NCBI GenBank assembly: GCA_019244185.1
Contig: JAFATB010000006.1
Coordinates: forward strand, 64,001 to 128,000
Length of the DNA stretch: 64,000 bases
Source: Acidobacteriota bacterium
GTDB lineage: Bacteria; Acidobacteriota; Thermoanaerobaculia; Gp7-AA8
Direction of reading: 5' to 3'
The translations under genes were made by a program, and so were the position numbers. The notes below the pieces were generated by a model. The model searched no databases. It had not been told where the DNA came from and saw only the letters and a list, made by a program, of their open reading frames with translations. Below are positions 1 to 10,541 of this stretch, piece after piece (position 1 is the first letter of the stretch; each line of letters opens with the position of its first letter).

Positions 1-21
1 CGATCGGATTCCGAAGGCGAT

Positions 22-978
22 TCAGCGCGCGCGCAGTTTCTGAAGCTGCTTCACGACGTCGCGGAACCGCTGTCCCGAGAACTCCGCCGCCGGCGCCGCC
101 GCCGCGTTGGGCGCCTGCCACGCGCCCGCCGCATCCGCGGGAGCGGACAGCGCGAGGCGCGGCGTCGAGCTCGCGGCGATCGCATGCGCGCCCGCTTTCG
201 GATACATCTGCGCGATGAACTTCTTGTCGCCTGCCGACAGATCGGTGTTGTTCGGCGTGGCCTTGCCGCCGATGATCAGCGACGCATCGAAGTGATACAG
301 CATGATCGACTTCGCATCGAACTCCGTCGCGTTCAGCTGATTGATGCTGTATTTCTGAATGATGTTGAAGTCGATGGTCTGCTTGTCCCAGTTGTTCGGC
401 GGTCCGCTGAACGCGGCGTAGACGCGCGGCAGATTCCACTTGATGCCGCCCTTCGGATTCTGATGCTCGTGAATCGCGCCGAGGGCGTGGCCGAATTCGT
501 GGACGACGACGCGGCGCCATTCGACGTCGTCGGTGTCGTCGCGCAGCCAGCCGAAGTTCATCGTCGGCTGCGTCTTCGGGAACGACCCGGTCTGCAGGCA
601 GTCGACGCCGACCGCGGACCAGGAGCCGGACTGGCGGAAGGAGATGCGGATCTCCGCGGTGGCGCCGCCGTTGAAGTCGAAGGTGACGTTCGCGAACTGC
701 GACCATTCGTTCGCGAAGCGCTGCACCTGCTTCTTCTGCGTCACGCTCCCGTCGAGAAACTTCACTTTCAGCTTGCGGCCGTTGCTCCATTTCTTCTGCG
801 TGACGAGCGCCATCCGGAACGGGTGCAGCACCTCGCCGGGACGCAGCACGATCGGCGGCGGCTCGTTGGCGGGGTTCTCGTTCATCGCGAGCACCGCCGC
901 ATCCATCGCGTGATGCGGCTGCACCACGCGGTCCACGCACATCCTCATGTCATTGAAGTCGGGACTCCTGCGCGCCAT
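22..978 (-). CDS. M12/astacin-like (Tolloid-like) zinc metalloprotease, no signal peptide
   Basis: HEFGHALGAIHEHQ (HExxHxxGxxH) zinc motif and SIMLY Met-turn; TMNFGW motif typical of bacterial M12-like proteases. Confidence 0.9.
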   Translation of the reverse strand: MARRSPDFNDMRMCVDRVVQPHHAMDAAVLAMNENPANEPPPIVLRPGEVLHPFRMALVTQKKWSNGRKLKVKFLDGSVTQKKQVQRFANEWSQFANVTFDFNGGATAEIRISFRQSGSWSAVGVDCLQTGSFPKTQPTMNFGWLRDDTDDVEWRRVVVHEFGHALGAIHEHQNPKGGIKWNLPRVYAAFSGPPNNWDKQTIDFNIIQKYSINQLNATEFDAKSIMLYHFDASLIIGGKATPNNTDLSAGDKKFIAQMYPKAGAHAIAASSTPRLALSAPADAAGAWQAPNAAAAPAAEFSGQRFRDVVKQLQKLRAR

Positions 979-995
979 ATTGATCTCCTTATGGT

Positions 996-1487
996 TTGAA
1001 GGAGACCATTCTGCGCCTAAAATCGCCGGCCGTGCGATTCATCTGCGCCACCGAAGCGGAAACGGAAGCAGCCGGCCGGCAGCTCGCCCGCGGCTTTGCA
1101 CCCGATGCCACCGTGCACCTCGTCGGCGACCTCGGCGCGGGCAAGACCTTCCTCGCGCGCGCCATCGCCGCCGAGCTCGGCGCCGATCCCGCCGACGTCG
1201 CGTCGCCGTCGTTCGCCATCGTCCACGAATACCCTCGCGCAGGCGCGCCGCCGATCGTGCACATCGACGGCTATCGGTTGTCGGAGAACCGCCGCGAATG
1301 GCTGGAGATCGGCATCCCGGAACTGCTCTCCGGCCCCGGCGTGAAGCTGATCGAATGGCCGAAGCGCGCGTTCACGGAGTTCGAGAGCGCGCACGTCGAG
1401 ATCGCGATCACAGTGCGCGACGACGGCGCGCGCGTCATCGACGTCCGCGACGACGGCGCGCGCGTCATCGACATCACGCCGGCGTAG
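996..1487 (+). CDS. tsaE: tRNA threonylcarbamoyladenosine biosynthesis ATPase TsaE (start uncertain)
   Basis: Walker A GDLGAGKT, VASPSF, HIDGYRL and LIEWP motifs. Confidence 0.92.
   Translation: MKETILRLKSPAVRFICATEAETEAAGRQLARGFAPDATVHLVGDLGAGKTFLARAIAAELGADPADVASPSFAIVHEYPRAGAPPIVHIDGYRLSENRREWLEIGIPELLSGPGVKLIEWPKRAFTEFESAHVEIAITVRDDGARVIDVRDDGARVIDITPA
1413..1472 (+). repeat. 30-bp tandem duplication in the tsaE 3' end (VRDDGARVID x2)
   Basis: gtgcgcgacgacggcgcgcgcgtcatcgac followed by gtccgcgacgacggcgcgcgcgtcatcgac (one mismatch). Confidence 0.9.
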
Positions 1488-1493
1488 CTTCGC

Positions 1494-2360
1494 TCAGCGG
1501 TAATCGCGCGACAGCGACGCCACCGCGGTCGGCTCCGGCGAGAGCGGACGCAGCGGACGGCGGCCTTCGTTGCCGGAGCGGTCGAGCGGATGCCCTTCGA
1601 CGTCGTACTTGCCGTAGACCTCGCCCGTTTGCGTGTCGTAGACCCACAGGCCGAGGAGCTGCGCGTCGATGGCGTACTGGAACGTCTCCTGTTCCGTCGG
1701 CGAGTCGATGGTCGCGTCTTTCCAGTTGAAGCCGGTCACATCGTGGAGATCGGCGCGCGTCTCGGCGGTCATCCGCTGCGGCACGCTTTCCGGTCCGAGC
1801 GTCGCGACGGCGAGGACGCCGAGGCGGTCTTTCACCGCGCGCGCGTTCTCGACCGGCACCGCGACCTTCAGCGCGACGATGCCAAAGTCCTGATCGGGCA
1901 GGATCAGTCCCCACTCGTGCCACGTCGACGACTGCACGGTCACCGTCGCACCGAACGCGTTGCTGGCCTGATGCGTGCCGTCGACCTTGCCGGTGCGCTG
2001 CAGCACGAGCAGTCCGCCATCCGCGGACTCGCGGCCGCGATGCACGAAATCGAAGTAGAGGTTGATCGTGAATTTGCCGGTGTCGGCGTCGTAGTTCACC
2101 GGGCCGATCGGTGCCGCGTTGAACGCGTAGACGCCGTGCGGCACCTTGTTCTTGCGCGCTTCCCACTGCGCCGTCGTTTCGTATTCGTCTTTCGGCGGAA
2201 TCGACAGCACGCGATACACGGCCTGGAAGTCGGCGGGCTTGAAGCCGGCCGGCAGCGAAGTCACGGAAGGATCGAACTCGGCCGCGCCTTTGTCGGCCGC
2301 GGCAGGTTGCGCGGCGAGCGGCAGCACGAGGAACGCGAAGACTGCAATCGCCTTCTTCAT
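1494..2360 (-). CDS. Hypothetical secreted protein
   Basis: Signal peptide [22 protein letters not shown]; protein-like composition; fills the gap between tsaE and purL. Confidence 0.75.
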   Translation of the reverse strand: MKKAIAVFAFLVLPLAAQPAAADKGAAEFDPSVTSLPAGFKPADFQAVYRVLSIPPKDEYETTAQWEARKNKVPHGVYAFNAAPIGPVNYDADTGKFTINLYFDFVHRGRESADGGLLVLQRTGKVDGTHQASNAFGATVTVQSSTWHEWGLILPDQDFGIVALKVAVPVENARAVKDRLGVLAVATLGPESVPQRMTAETRADLHDVTGFNWKDATIDSPTEQETFQYAIDAQLLGLWVYDTQTGEVYGKYDVEGHPLDRSGNEGRRPLRPLSPEPTAVASLSRDYR

Positions 2361-2388
2361 GCTCCCCGGAGATTACAATCCGCGCGCC

Positions 2389-4674
2389 ATGGAGATTACG
2401 CCGCAAGTCATCGCCGCTCACGGCCTCACGACCGACGAATACGAGCGCATCCTCCAGATCCTCGGCCGCGCCCCGAACTACACCGAGCTCGGCATCTTCT
2501 CGGTGATGTGGTCGGAGCACTGCTCGTACAAATCGAGCCGCGTGCATCTGCGCAACTTCCCGACCAGCGGCGCGCGCGTCGTGCAAGGCCCCGGCGAGAA
2601 CGCGGGCGTCATCGACATCGGCGACGGCTGGGTGGCGGCGTTCAAGATGGAGTCGCACAACCATCCGTCGTACATCGAGCCGTATCAGGGCGCGGCCACG
2701 GGCGTCGGCGGCATCCTGCGCGACATCTTCACGATGGGCGCGCGTCCGATCGCGTGTCTCGATTCGCTGCGCTTCGGCGAGCTCGACGCGCCGCGCATGA
2801 AGTACCTCGTCGACGGCGTCGTGCGCGGCATCGCCGGCTACGGCAACTGCATCGGCATCCCCACCATCGGCGGCGAGACGTCGTTCCACGCGTCGTACAA
2901 CGGCAACATCCTCGTCAACGTGTTCGCCCTCGGCGTCACGAAGCGCGAGAAGATCTTCAAAGGCACCGCGAGCGGCGTCGGCAACCCGGTCATCTACGTC
3001 GGCTCGAAGACGGGACGCGACGGCATTCATGGCGCGACCATGGCGTCCGCTGAATTCGACGAGGCGTCCGAAGAGAAACGCCCGACCGTGCAGGTCGGCG
3101 ATCCGTTCACGGAGAAACTGCTGCTCGAGGCGTGCCTCGAGATCATGGACTCCGACGCGGACGCTGATTGCGCAGTAGTGGGAATCCAGGACATGGGCGC
3201 CGCGGGCCTGACGTCGTCATCGTTCGAGATGGCGGGCCGCGCCGGCACCGGCATCCGCATGGAGCTCGATCGCGTGCCGGTGCGCGAGAGCGGCATGACG
3301 CCGTACGAGATCATGCTCAGCGAATCGCAGGAGCGGATGCTCATCGTCGCGAAGCAGGGACGCGAGGCCGACGTCATCCGCACGTTCGAGAAGTGGGATC
3401 TCAACGCCGCCGTCGTCGGCACGGTCACGGATGACGGTTTCGTGCGGCTCATCTGGCGCGGCGAGGAAGTCGCGGCGATCCCCGTCGAGCCGATTTCGAC
3501 GGAGGCGCCGGTGTACGAGCGTCCCGTCGCAAAGCCGCAGTTGCCGATCGAAACGATCTTTCCGCGCGAGCGCGTGGCCGACGGCGATCTCACGGACACG
3601 CTGCTGCGTCTCGTCGCATCGCCGAATCTCTGTTCGAAGCACTGGCTCTTCGAGCAGTACGACACGACCGTGCGCACGAACACGATCGCCGGCCCCGAGG
3701 CGCGCGACGCGGCGATCGTGCGCATCAAGGAGACCGGACGCGCGCTGGCGATGACGTCCGACGTCAATCCGATGTACTGCTTCCTCGATCCGTACGAGGG
3801 CGGCAAGCAAGCCGTCGCGGAAGCGGCGCGCAACGTCGCGGTGTCGGGCGCGCAGCCGGTGGCGATCACGGATTGCCTGAACTTCGGCTCGCCGGAGCGC
3901 GCGGAGATCATGGGGCAGTTCGCGGAATGCATCCGCGGCATCAGCGACGCGTGCCGCGCGCTCGACACGCCGGTCGTCTCCGGCAACGTGTCCTTCTACA
4001 ACGAGACCGAGGGACGCGCGATCCATCCGACGCCGACGGTGGGCATGGTGGGCATTCTCGAGTCGGACCGCGGCGGCTGCGGCCTCGCCTTCGCGGACGC
4101 CGGTCTCGATGTGATTCTCCTCGGCAGCACGCGCGACGAACTCGGCGGCTCCGAATGGCAGCAGATGTTCGCCGGCGATGCGCGCGCGCTGCCGCCGCGC
4201 GTCGATCTCGATGCGGAGAAGGCGCTCATCGCGCTCGTGCTCGAACTGCACGCGACGCAGACGCTCCGCGCCGCGCACGACCTCGCGAATGGCGGCCTCG
4301 CGGTGGCGCTCGGCGAGATGTCGTCGCGCGGCATCGGCTGTCACGTCGACCTCGGCGCGCACGCCAACGACCTCGACGCGGTCGCGCTGCTCTTCAGCGA
4401 GTCGCAGGCGCGCGCGGTCGTCGCGTGTCAGCCCGCCGATCGCCAGCGCGTGCTCGACGCCGCCGCGAAACACGGCGTCGCCGCGCAGCGCATCGGCCAC
4501 ACCGCGTTCGGTACGTTCCTCATCGAGCGCAACGGCGTGCCGCTCGTCCGCGTGGCGGCGCAGGAGCTCGCGCGCGTCTGCCGCTCCTCCTTCGCCCTGC
4601 TCCTCGGCGGCGACACGATCGACGGCGTGCTGCGCGGCGCGGGCGAGGAAGCGCTGGATGTCATCGCACACTGA
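2389..4674 (+). CDS. purL: Phosphoribosylformylglycinamidine synthase subunit PurL
   Basis: [31 protein letters not shown] and QDMGAAGL motifs; ATG at 2389 (MEITPQ). Confidence 0.97.
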   Translation: MEITPQVIAAHGLTTDEYERILQILGRAPNYTELGIFSVMWSEHCSYKSSRVHLRNFPTSGARVVQGPGENAGVIDIGDGWVAAFKMESHNHPSYIEPYQGAATGVGGILRDIFTMGARPIACLDSLRFGELDAPRMKYLVDGVVRGIAGYGNCIGIPTIGGETSFHASYNGNILVNVFALGVTKREKIFKGTASGVGNPVIYVGSKTGRDGIHGATMASAEFDEASEEKRPTVQVGDPFTEKLLLEACLEIMDSDADADCAVVGIQDMGAAGLTSSSFEMAGRAGTGIRMELDRVPVRESGMTPYEIMLSESQERMLIVAKQGREADVIRTFEKWDLNAAVVGTVTDDGFVRLIWRGEEVAAIPVEPISTEAPVYERPVAKPQLPIETIFPRERVADGDLTDTLLRLVASPNLCSKHWLFEQYDTTVRTNTIAGPEARDAAIVRIKETGRALAMTSDVNPMYCFLDPYEGGKQAVAEAARNVAVSGAQPVAITDCLNFGSPERAEIMGQFAECIRGISDACRALDTPVVSGNVSFYNETEGRAIHPTPTVGMVGILESDRGGCGLAFADAGLDVILLGSTRDELGGSEWQQMFAGDARALPPRVDLDAEKALIALVLELHATQTLRAAHDLANGGLAVALGEMSSRGIGCHVDLGAHANDLDAVALLFSESQARAVVACQPADRQRVLDAAAKHGVAAQRIGHTAFGTFLIERNGVPLVRVAAQELARVCRSSFALLLGGDTIDGVLRGAGEEALDVIAH

Positions 4675-4719
4675 CGCGCCGCACCGCACAGAATCCTGTG
4701 CATCGGCTACCATCGCGTC

Positions 4720-4926
4720 ATGCAGACCCTCGATCCCGACGCGCGCGTGGCGCAAATCACGTTCAACGAGACGTTGCAGGCCGAAATCCGGTTCACGGAC
4801 GGCCGCGAAGTCGTGTGGAGCGGACCGCTCGCCGCAGAGCTCCGAGAGTCGGTGCAAGCCGCCGTGCGGCGCGGCTTCGCGCGGCGCAGGCCCGGCAGCT
4901 CGGGTCCGAACTCGATCGCGAACTGA
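4720..4926 (+). CDS. Small hypothetical protein (68 aa)
   Basis: ATG preceded by TACCAT -10-like hexamer 6 nt upstream; fills the gap between purL and fahA. Confidence 0.55.
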   Translation: MQTLDPDARVAQITFNETLQAEIRFTDGREVVWSGPLAAELRESVQAAVRRGFARRRPGSSGPNSIAN

Positions 4927-4992
4927 GTACAGCGCCCCGGAAGAACGTGTCCGCCTCTTCGCGCGGCGGCGAGAGCGCCGTGCGGAAGTGAG

Positions 4993-6177
4993 CTACGAGA
5001 TCGCGGGTCGCACGACGCCGCGGCATTCGCCGAAGCCGATGCGCGCGTGGCCTTCGCGCTCGCAGTAGCCGCGCAGGATCACTTCGTCGCCGTCCTCGAG
5101 GAACTTGCGCGTCTCGCCGTCCGGCAGCGCGAGCGGCTCGGTGCCGCGCCACGTCAGCTCGAGCAGGCAGCCGCGCGAATCCTTCGCCGTGCCGGAGATC
5201 GTGCCGCTGCCGAGGAGATCGCCGGGGCGAAGGTTGCAGCCGTTGGAGGTGTGATGCGCGACGAGCTGCGCGACCGTCCAGTAGAGATCGCGCGCGTTGC
5301 CGCGGCTGATGCGCACCGGCTCGGACATCTTCGCGCTGCGCAGCCACACTTCCACCGTGACGTCGAACGCGACGGAATCCTGTAAGTAAGGAAGCGGCTG
5401 CGGATCGCCGTCCGGACGTTTTTCCGGAGAGACGCGAAACGGCTCGAGCGCGTCGAGCGTGACGATCCACGGCGAGATCGTCGTGGCGAAATTCTTCGCC
5501 AGGAACGGGCCGAGCGGCTGGTACTCCCACGTCTGGATGTCGCGTGCCGACCAGTCGTTGAGCAGACAAAAACCGAAGACGTGGTCGAGCGCGCGGTCGA
5601 TTGCGATCGGCTCGCCGAGCGCATTGCCGGCGCCGATGAACGCGCCGAGCTCGAGCTCGTAGTCGAGGCGCTTCGATGGACCGAACAGCGGCGCCGCATT
5701 CGCGTCGTCGCGCGTCTGCCCGCGCGGGCGGCGGACGTCGGTACCGCTGACGACGATCGACGAGGAGCGGCCGTGGTAGCCGATCGGAATCCACTTGTAG
5801 TTCGGCAGCAACGGATTGTCGGGGCGGAACATCGAGCCGACGTTCGTCGCGTGATGCACGCTCGCGTAAAAGTCGGTGTAGTCGCCGACGCGCGCGGGAA
5901 GCAGCAGCCGCGCGTCTTTCATCGGCACGAGGTGCTCGTCCGCGGTGCCGCGCGTCAGCAGCTCCTGCACGCGCTCGCGCACGGCGCGCGCGGCGGGACG
6001 GCCTTTCGCCATGAGCGCGTTGAGGTCGGGCTCGCGCAACGCGGGCTCGTCGATGAGACCGGCGCGCGCGCAGGCGTGGAGGTCGAGGACGTCGTCGCCG
6101 AACGCGGTGACGATGTGCGCCTCTCCGTCGCGCTGCATGACGCCGAAGGGGAGGTTTTCGATCGGAAAGTCGTTCAC
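4993..6177 (-). CDS. fahA: Fumarylacetoacetase
   Basis: DFPIENLPFG, GDYTDFYAS, PIGYHGRSSS, LDYELE and NDWSARDIQ motifs; GTG start overlaps the upstream stop (GTGA). Confidence 0.95.
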   Translation of the reverse strand: MNDFPIENLPFGVMQRDGEAHIVTAFGDDVLDLHACARAGLIDEPALREPDLNALMAKGRPAARAVRERVQELLTRGTADEHLVPMKDARLLLPARVGDYTDFYASVHHATNVGSMFRPDNPLLPNYKWIPIGYHGRSSSIVVSGTDVRRPRGQTRDDANAAPLFGPSKRLDYELELGAFIGAGNALGEPIAIDRALDHVFGFCLLNDWSARDIQTWEYQPLGPFLAKNFATTISPWIVTLDALEPFRVSPEKRPDGDPQPLPYLQDSVAFDVTVEVWLRSAKMSEPVRISRGNARDLYWTVAQLVAHHTSNGCNLRPGDLLGSGTISGTAKDSRGCLLELTWRGTEPLALPDGETRKFLEDGDEVILRGYCEREGHARIGFGECRGVVRPAIS

Positions 6178-6917
6178 AGCCACCCGAGCTCCTCGAGGTC
6201 GGCGAGCGGTTCTTCGAACGAGCACGAGCCGAACGAGATCGCGAACTCGCGGCGCGTGCGTTCGAGCTCCGCGAGGCTGACCTGCGCGTCGCGCCACGAC
6301 GCGCCGTCGTCGTCGAACGCAAACGCGTGCGGATCTTCCTCGCGCAGGATCTCGTCCGCGCGGTCGAGTATCGCCGCGGCGAGGAAGACGTTCACGAAGC
6401 CGTGCATCGTGCCGGTTGGCGCGTGCGGCTCGTACGTCAGCGCCTTGATGCAGCGCACCGGATGATGCAGGCCCGCCGTCGCCTTGAACGCGACGCCCGC
6501 GCGCTTACACGCGCGCAGAAACGCGGCCACGGAATCGGGCGCGGGGAACGCGTCGGCGCTGATGCCGCCGGTGCGGATCTTCGCACGCAGACCGTGCTCT
6601 GCGATCGCGTCGAGCAGCGCGACGTCGGCGATCTCGACGTAGACCGTTCGTCCGTTCGCCTCGCCTGCGATGCGCTCGACATCCTCGCGCGTCGACGCCT
6701 TGATCTCGTCGATGCCGAGGACGCTCAGCGGAAAGTCGGACGGCACCTCGTGCGCGCGATCCTGCGGCACGACGAACTTGCCGAGGGCGAACGCGAACTC
6801 GCCTTCGCGGTAGCGCGCGTAGTTGCGCACCGCGTCCTGCATCGACAGGCCCGCGGGCGGAAAGAGGCCCGCGTAGTCGATGAGCTGATCGAGAAAGATG
6901 CGCAGCGACGGCTTCAT
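6174..6917 (-). CDS. Conserved hypothetical protein ([11 protein letters not shown] / [10 protein letters not shown] family) in the hmgA-fahA operon
   Basis: C-terminal part of ORF 6174..8036; ATGA and GTGA overlaps with hmgA and fahA; motifs [32 protein letters not shown]. Confidence 0.85.
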   Translation of the reverse strand: MKPSLRIFLDQLIDYAGLFPPAGLSMQDAVRNYARYREGEFAFALGKFVVPQDRAHEVPSDFPLSVLGIDEIKASTREDVERIAGEANGRTVYVEIADVALLDAIAEHGLRAKIRTGGISADAFPAPDSVAAFLRACKRAGVAFKATAGLHHPVRCIKALTYEPHAPTGTMHGFVNVFLAAAILDRADEILREEDPHAFAFDDDGASWRDAQVSLAELERTRREFAISFGSCSFEEPLADLEELGWL

Positions 6918-8197
6918 TCGTTCGTGAAGTGCTTTTGGAGGCCGTTCCAGCAGCGCCAGTAATCGCGTTGCAGGAGCGGCGTTTCGAGCGCGAACTTGGT
7001 CGGTCGCAAGATGAACCGCGTCTCGAACATGAAGGCGAGCGTGTCGCCGAGGTAGCGCGGCTCGAGCTTCGCGGTGGAGGCGGTCTCGAACGTCTGCGCG
7101 TCGGGGCCGTGGCCGGACATGCAGTTGTGCAGGCTGCCGCCGCCGGGCGCGAAGCCTTCCGCCTTGGCGTCGTACACGCCGTAGATCAGGCCCATGAACT
7201 CGTTCATCACATTGCGATGAAAGTACGGCGGGCGGAACGTGTTCTCCGCCACCATCCAGCGCGGCGGAAAGATGACGAAGTCGCAGTTCGCGGTGCCGGC
7301 GATCTCGCTGGGCGAGGTCAGCACGGTGAAGATCGACGGATCGGGATGATCGAACGAGACCGTGTTGATGACGTTGAACTGTGCGAGGTCGTACTTGTAC
7401 GGCGCGTAGTTGCCGTGCCACGCGACGACGTCGAGCGGCGAGTGATCGATCTTCGCCGACCAGAGCGCGGCGCCGAATTTCGCGACGAGCTCGAAGTCGC
7501 CGTCGACGTCTTCGAACGCGGCGACCGGCGTCAGAAAATCGCGCGGATTCGCGAGACCGTTCGAGCCGATGGGCCCGAGATCGGGGAGACGGAACGGCTG
7601 CCCGAAGTTCTCGCAGACATAGCCGCGCGCGTCGCCGTCGTTCAGCGCGACGCGGAACTTCGTGCCGCGCGGGATGACCGCGATCTCGCCCGGCTTCACC
7701 TCGATGATGCCGAGCTCCGTGCCGAGGGTGAGCGCGCCCTGCTGCGGCACGAGCAGCAGCTCGCCGTCGGCGTCGTAGAAGAAGCGCCCTTCCATCGAGC
7801 GATTCGCCGCGTAGAGATGAATGCCGACGCCGGCGTTCGCGAACGAGTCGCCGTTGCCCGCGATGGTCACGAGCCCGTCGATGAAGTCCGTGGGCTCGTC
7901 GGGAATCGTCAGCGGATCCCAGCGCAGCTGATTCGGCGGCGTGGGGACTTCGTCGAACGGCGAGCCGCGCAAAAGCCGCATCGCGCGCGGCGCGAACGGC
8001 TCGTGCAGCACGCTCGGGCGGATGCGATACAACCACGAGCGGCGCTGCATCGGCCGCGGCACCGTGAACGGCGACCCGGAAAACTGCTCCGCGTACAGCC
8101 CCCGCCCCACCCGCTGCGGCGAGTTCCCCCGCGCCGGCAGCACACCCGCAATCGCCTCGGACGCGAACTCGTTCCCGAACCCGGATTGATCGTGCAC
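6914..8197 (-). CDS. hmgA: Homogentisate 1,2-dioxygenase
   Basis: [59 protein letters not shown] and AFMFET motifs. Confidence 0.96.
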   Translation of the reverse strand: MHDQSGFGNEFASEAIAGVLPARGNSPQRVGRGLYAEQFSGSPFTVPRPMQRRSWLYRIRPSVLHEPFAPRAMRLLRGSPFDEVPTPPNQLRWDPLTIPDEPTDFIDGLVTIAGNGDSFANAGVGIHLYAANRSMEGRFFYDADGELLLVPQQGALTLGTELGIIEVKPGEIAVIPRGTKFRVALNDGDARGYVCENFGQPFRLPDLGPIGSNGLANPRDFLTPVAAFEDVDGDFELVAKFGAALWSAKIDHSPLDVVAWHGNYAPYKYDLAQFNVINTVSFDHPDPSIFTVLTSPSEIAGTANCDFVIFPPRWMVAENTFRPPYFHRNVMNEFMGLIYGVYDAKAEGFAPGGGSLHNCMSGHGPDAQTFETASTAKLEPRYLGDTLAFMFETRFILRPTKFALETPLLQRDYWRCWNGLQKHFTNE

Positions 8198-8246
8198 GGC
8201 ACGCGTGTTTATCACAGGTGCGGCAACAGCGTTACACTCGGACGTG

Positions 8247-8525
8247 ATGACGACCATCCAGCTTTCCGACCTCGACCCCGCCACCGCCGAGAAGGTGCGC
8301 AACGGCGAGACCATCGAGGTCCGCGACGGCGAGAAGACCGTCGCGCGCGTCGTCCCCGCGCACGACCAGGCGATCGAGGAGCGCATCGACGAGCTCGTGC
8401 GGCAGGGAAAGGCGCGGCGGGGGACGGGGACGCTGCCGGACTGGTTCTTCACGGAACGCCCGCCGAAGTTCGAGGGCAGCGTGCTCGAACAGTTGCTCGC
8501 CGACCGTCGGAAAAACGACTGGTGA
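8247..8525 (+). CDS. Phd/YefM-like antitoxin (VapB partner)
   Basis: [21 protein letters not shown] pattern; GTGA overlap with the downstream PIN toxin. Confidence 0.8.
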   Translation: MTTIQLSDLDPATAEKVRNGETIEVRDGEKTVARVVPAHDQAIEERIDELVRQGKARRGTGTLPDWFFTERPPKFEGSVLEQLLADRRKNDW

Positions 8526-8932
8526 GGTTCTGGGATTCGTCTGCCCTCGTGCCGCTCGTGTCGGATGAAGATTCGACCGACGCGCTCACCGCGCTGGCTG
8601 CATCCGATCGAGGCATGCTGGTTTCGTCCATCACGCCGGTGGAGGTGCTGAGCGCAATCTGGCGAAAGGCGCGCACGATCCGTGACGAACGCGTACGCGC
8701 ACGAAGCCATGCACGCCTCGCGGCGCTTCAGGCGCAGTGGGTCGTCGTCAGCGCGGTCGAGGATGTCATCGCAGACGCACTCGACGTCGTCGCACGTCAC
8801 GGCCTGCGCGGCGCGGACGCCATCCAACTGGCGTCCGCTCGCTTCACGCGTAACGAGGCGCTGCCGTTCGTCACGCTCGACCACGACCTCCGCCGCGCCG
8901 CTCGCGCTGAAGGCTTCCCTACCCTTCCCTGA
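8522..8932 (+). CDS. vapC: VapC family PIN-domain ribonuclease toxin
   Basis: [25 protein letters not shown] and FVTLDHDL acidic PIN motifs. Confidence 0.9.
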   Translation: MRFWDSSALVPLVSDEDSTDALTALAASDRGMLVSSITPVEVLSAIWRKARTIRDERVRARSHARLAALQAQWVVVSAVEDVIADALDVVARHGLRGADAIQLASARFTRNEALPFVTLDHDLRRAARAEGFPTLP

Positions 8933-8973
8933 CCGAATTTCCGTGTCATCATCGCCGTTGTAGACGGTTCCTC

Positions 8974-10365
8974 ATGTTCGACAAGCTCCACGAAGAGTGC
9001 GGTGTCTTCGGCGTCCTCGGCCGCGCGGACGCGGCGAACCTCGTGTACCTCGGCCTGTACGCGCTGCAGCATCGCGGGCAGGAGAGTGCCGGGATCGCGT
9101 CGGTCTCCGACGGGCGCATCCTTTCGGAGAAGGAGATGGGCTACGTCGCCGACGTGTTCTCGCACGAACGGCTCGCGCGCCTGCCCGGCGATACCGCCAT
9201 CGGACACGTGCGCTACTCCACCGCCGGCGGCTCGATGCTCTGCAACGCGCAGCCGATCGTCGCGTCGACGAGCAAAGGCCCCATCGCCGTCGCGCACAAC
9301 GGCAATCTCGTGAACGGCAACGAGCTGCGCAAACAACTCGAAGCCGAAGGCGCGATCTTCAACTCGACCGCCGACAGCGAGGTGATCGTGCACCTCATCG
9401 CGCGTTCGAAGGAGCCCGACCTCGAACGCGCATTCATCGATGCGCTCTCCCGCGTCGAAGGCGCGTACGCGATCGCGCTGCTCGCTCCGGGAAAGATCTT
9501 CGCCGCGCGCGATCCTTACGGCTTCCGGCCGCTCGTCATCGGCAAACTCGACGACGCGTACACGATCTCGTCGGAGACCTGCGCATTCGATCTCATCGGC
9601 GCGGAAACCATCCGCGAGCTGGGCGCGGGCGAGCTCGTCGCCATCGAACATCGCGGCACGATCCCCGCCCTGCGCGTCGTCCGCGAGGCCCGCGCGAATC
9701 GCGAGGCGCGCTGCATCTTCGAACACGTGTACTTTGCGCGCCCCGACTCGGTCGTCTTCGGCAACAACGTCGCCGAGGTCCGCCAGCGCTTCGGCGCCCA
9801 ACTCGCGCGCGAACACCCCATCGACGCCGACATGGTGGTCCCCGTTCCCGACTCCGGCGTCTTCGCCGCACTCGGCTACGCGCTTGAATCCGGCATCCCG
9901 TTCCAGTACGGCCTCGTGCGCAATCACTACGTCGGCCGCACGTTCATCGAGCCGAAACAGTCGATCCGCAATTTCGGCGTGAAGGTGAAACTGAATCCGG
10001 TCCGCGAGCTCGTGAAAGGCAAACGCATCGTGCTGATCGACGACTCGATCGTGCGCGGCACCACGTCGAAGAAAATCGTCCGCATGCTCAAGCAAGCCGG
10101 CGCGGCGGAGGTGCACATGCGCATCTCTTCCCCACCCACCGCCTGGCCCTGCTACTACGGGATCGATACGCCCGAACGCCGCGATCTCATCGGCAGCTCG
10201 CACACGGACGACGAGATCCGCGCGTTCATCGAAGCCGACTCGCTCGGCTACCTCAGCGTCGACGGAATGCTGCAAGCCGTCCAACGCGACAACGACGATC
10301 CCGCCAAACTCTACTGCACCGCCTGCTTCAGCGGCGCGTATCCCGTCGCGGCTGCGTCGGCGTAG
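8974..10365 (+). CDS. purF: Amidophosphoribosyltransferase
   Basis: EECGVFG (N-terminal Cys), QHRGQESAG, GHVRYST, CIFEHVYFARPDS and LIDDSIVRGTT motifs. Confidence 0.97.
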   Translation: MFDKLHEECGVFGVLGRADAANLVYLGLYALQHRGQESAGIASVSDGRILSEKEMGYVADVFSHERLARLPGDTAIGHVRYSTAGGSMLCNAQPIVASTSKGPIAVAHNGNLVNGNELRKQLEAEGAIFNSTADSEVIVHLIARSKEPDLERAFIDALSRVEGAYAIALLAPGKIFAARDPYGFRPLVIGKLDDAYTISSETCAFDLIGAETIRELGAGELVAIEHRGTIPALRVVREARANREARCIFEHVYFARPDSVVFGNNVAEVRQRFGAQLAREHPIDADMVVPVPDSGVFAALGYALESGIPFQYGLVRNHYVGRTFIEPKQSIRNFGVKVKLNPVRELVKGKRIVLIDDSIVRGTTSKKIVRMLKQAGAAEVHMRISSPPTAWPCYYGIDTPERRDLIGSSHTDDEIRAFIEADSLGYLSVDGMLQAVQRDNDDPAKLYCTACFSGAYPVAAASA

Positions 10366-10541
10366 GGAACGACCGAAGGGCCTCCGGCGGGCCGGCGCGG
10401 CCGGCTGCGCTAAGGGCCTAGCCTAGACGCACGTGCGGTCGCGGTTAACGACGTTGACGGCAGCCGCACGTGCGTACTGGCTAAGCCCTTAGCGCTGCCG
10501 GCCGCGCCGGCCCGCCGGAGGCCCTTCGGTCGTTCCCTACG
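10361..10541. repeat. 181-bp near-perfect palindrome (REP/REPIN-like, GTAG termini) between convergent genes
   Basis: Two 90-bp arms around a single A at 10451; outer 45 bp perfectly complementary, ~9 mismatches overall; begins cGTAGGG and ends CCCTACg. Confidence 0.9.

Noticed and set aside
6914-8884. N-terminally extended ORF calls for hmgA (and likewise purL 2146, fahA 6297, caspase 36597, tssM 55862)
   Set aside because: The extensions overlap real neighbouring genes and lack homology; starts were reassigned to downstream codons
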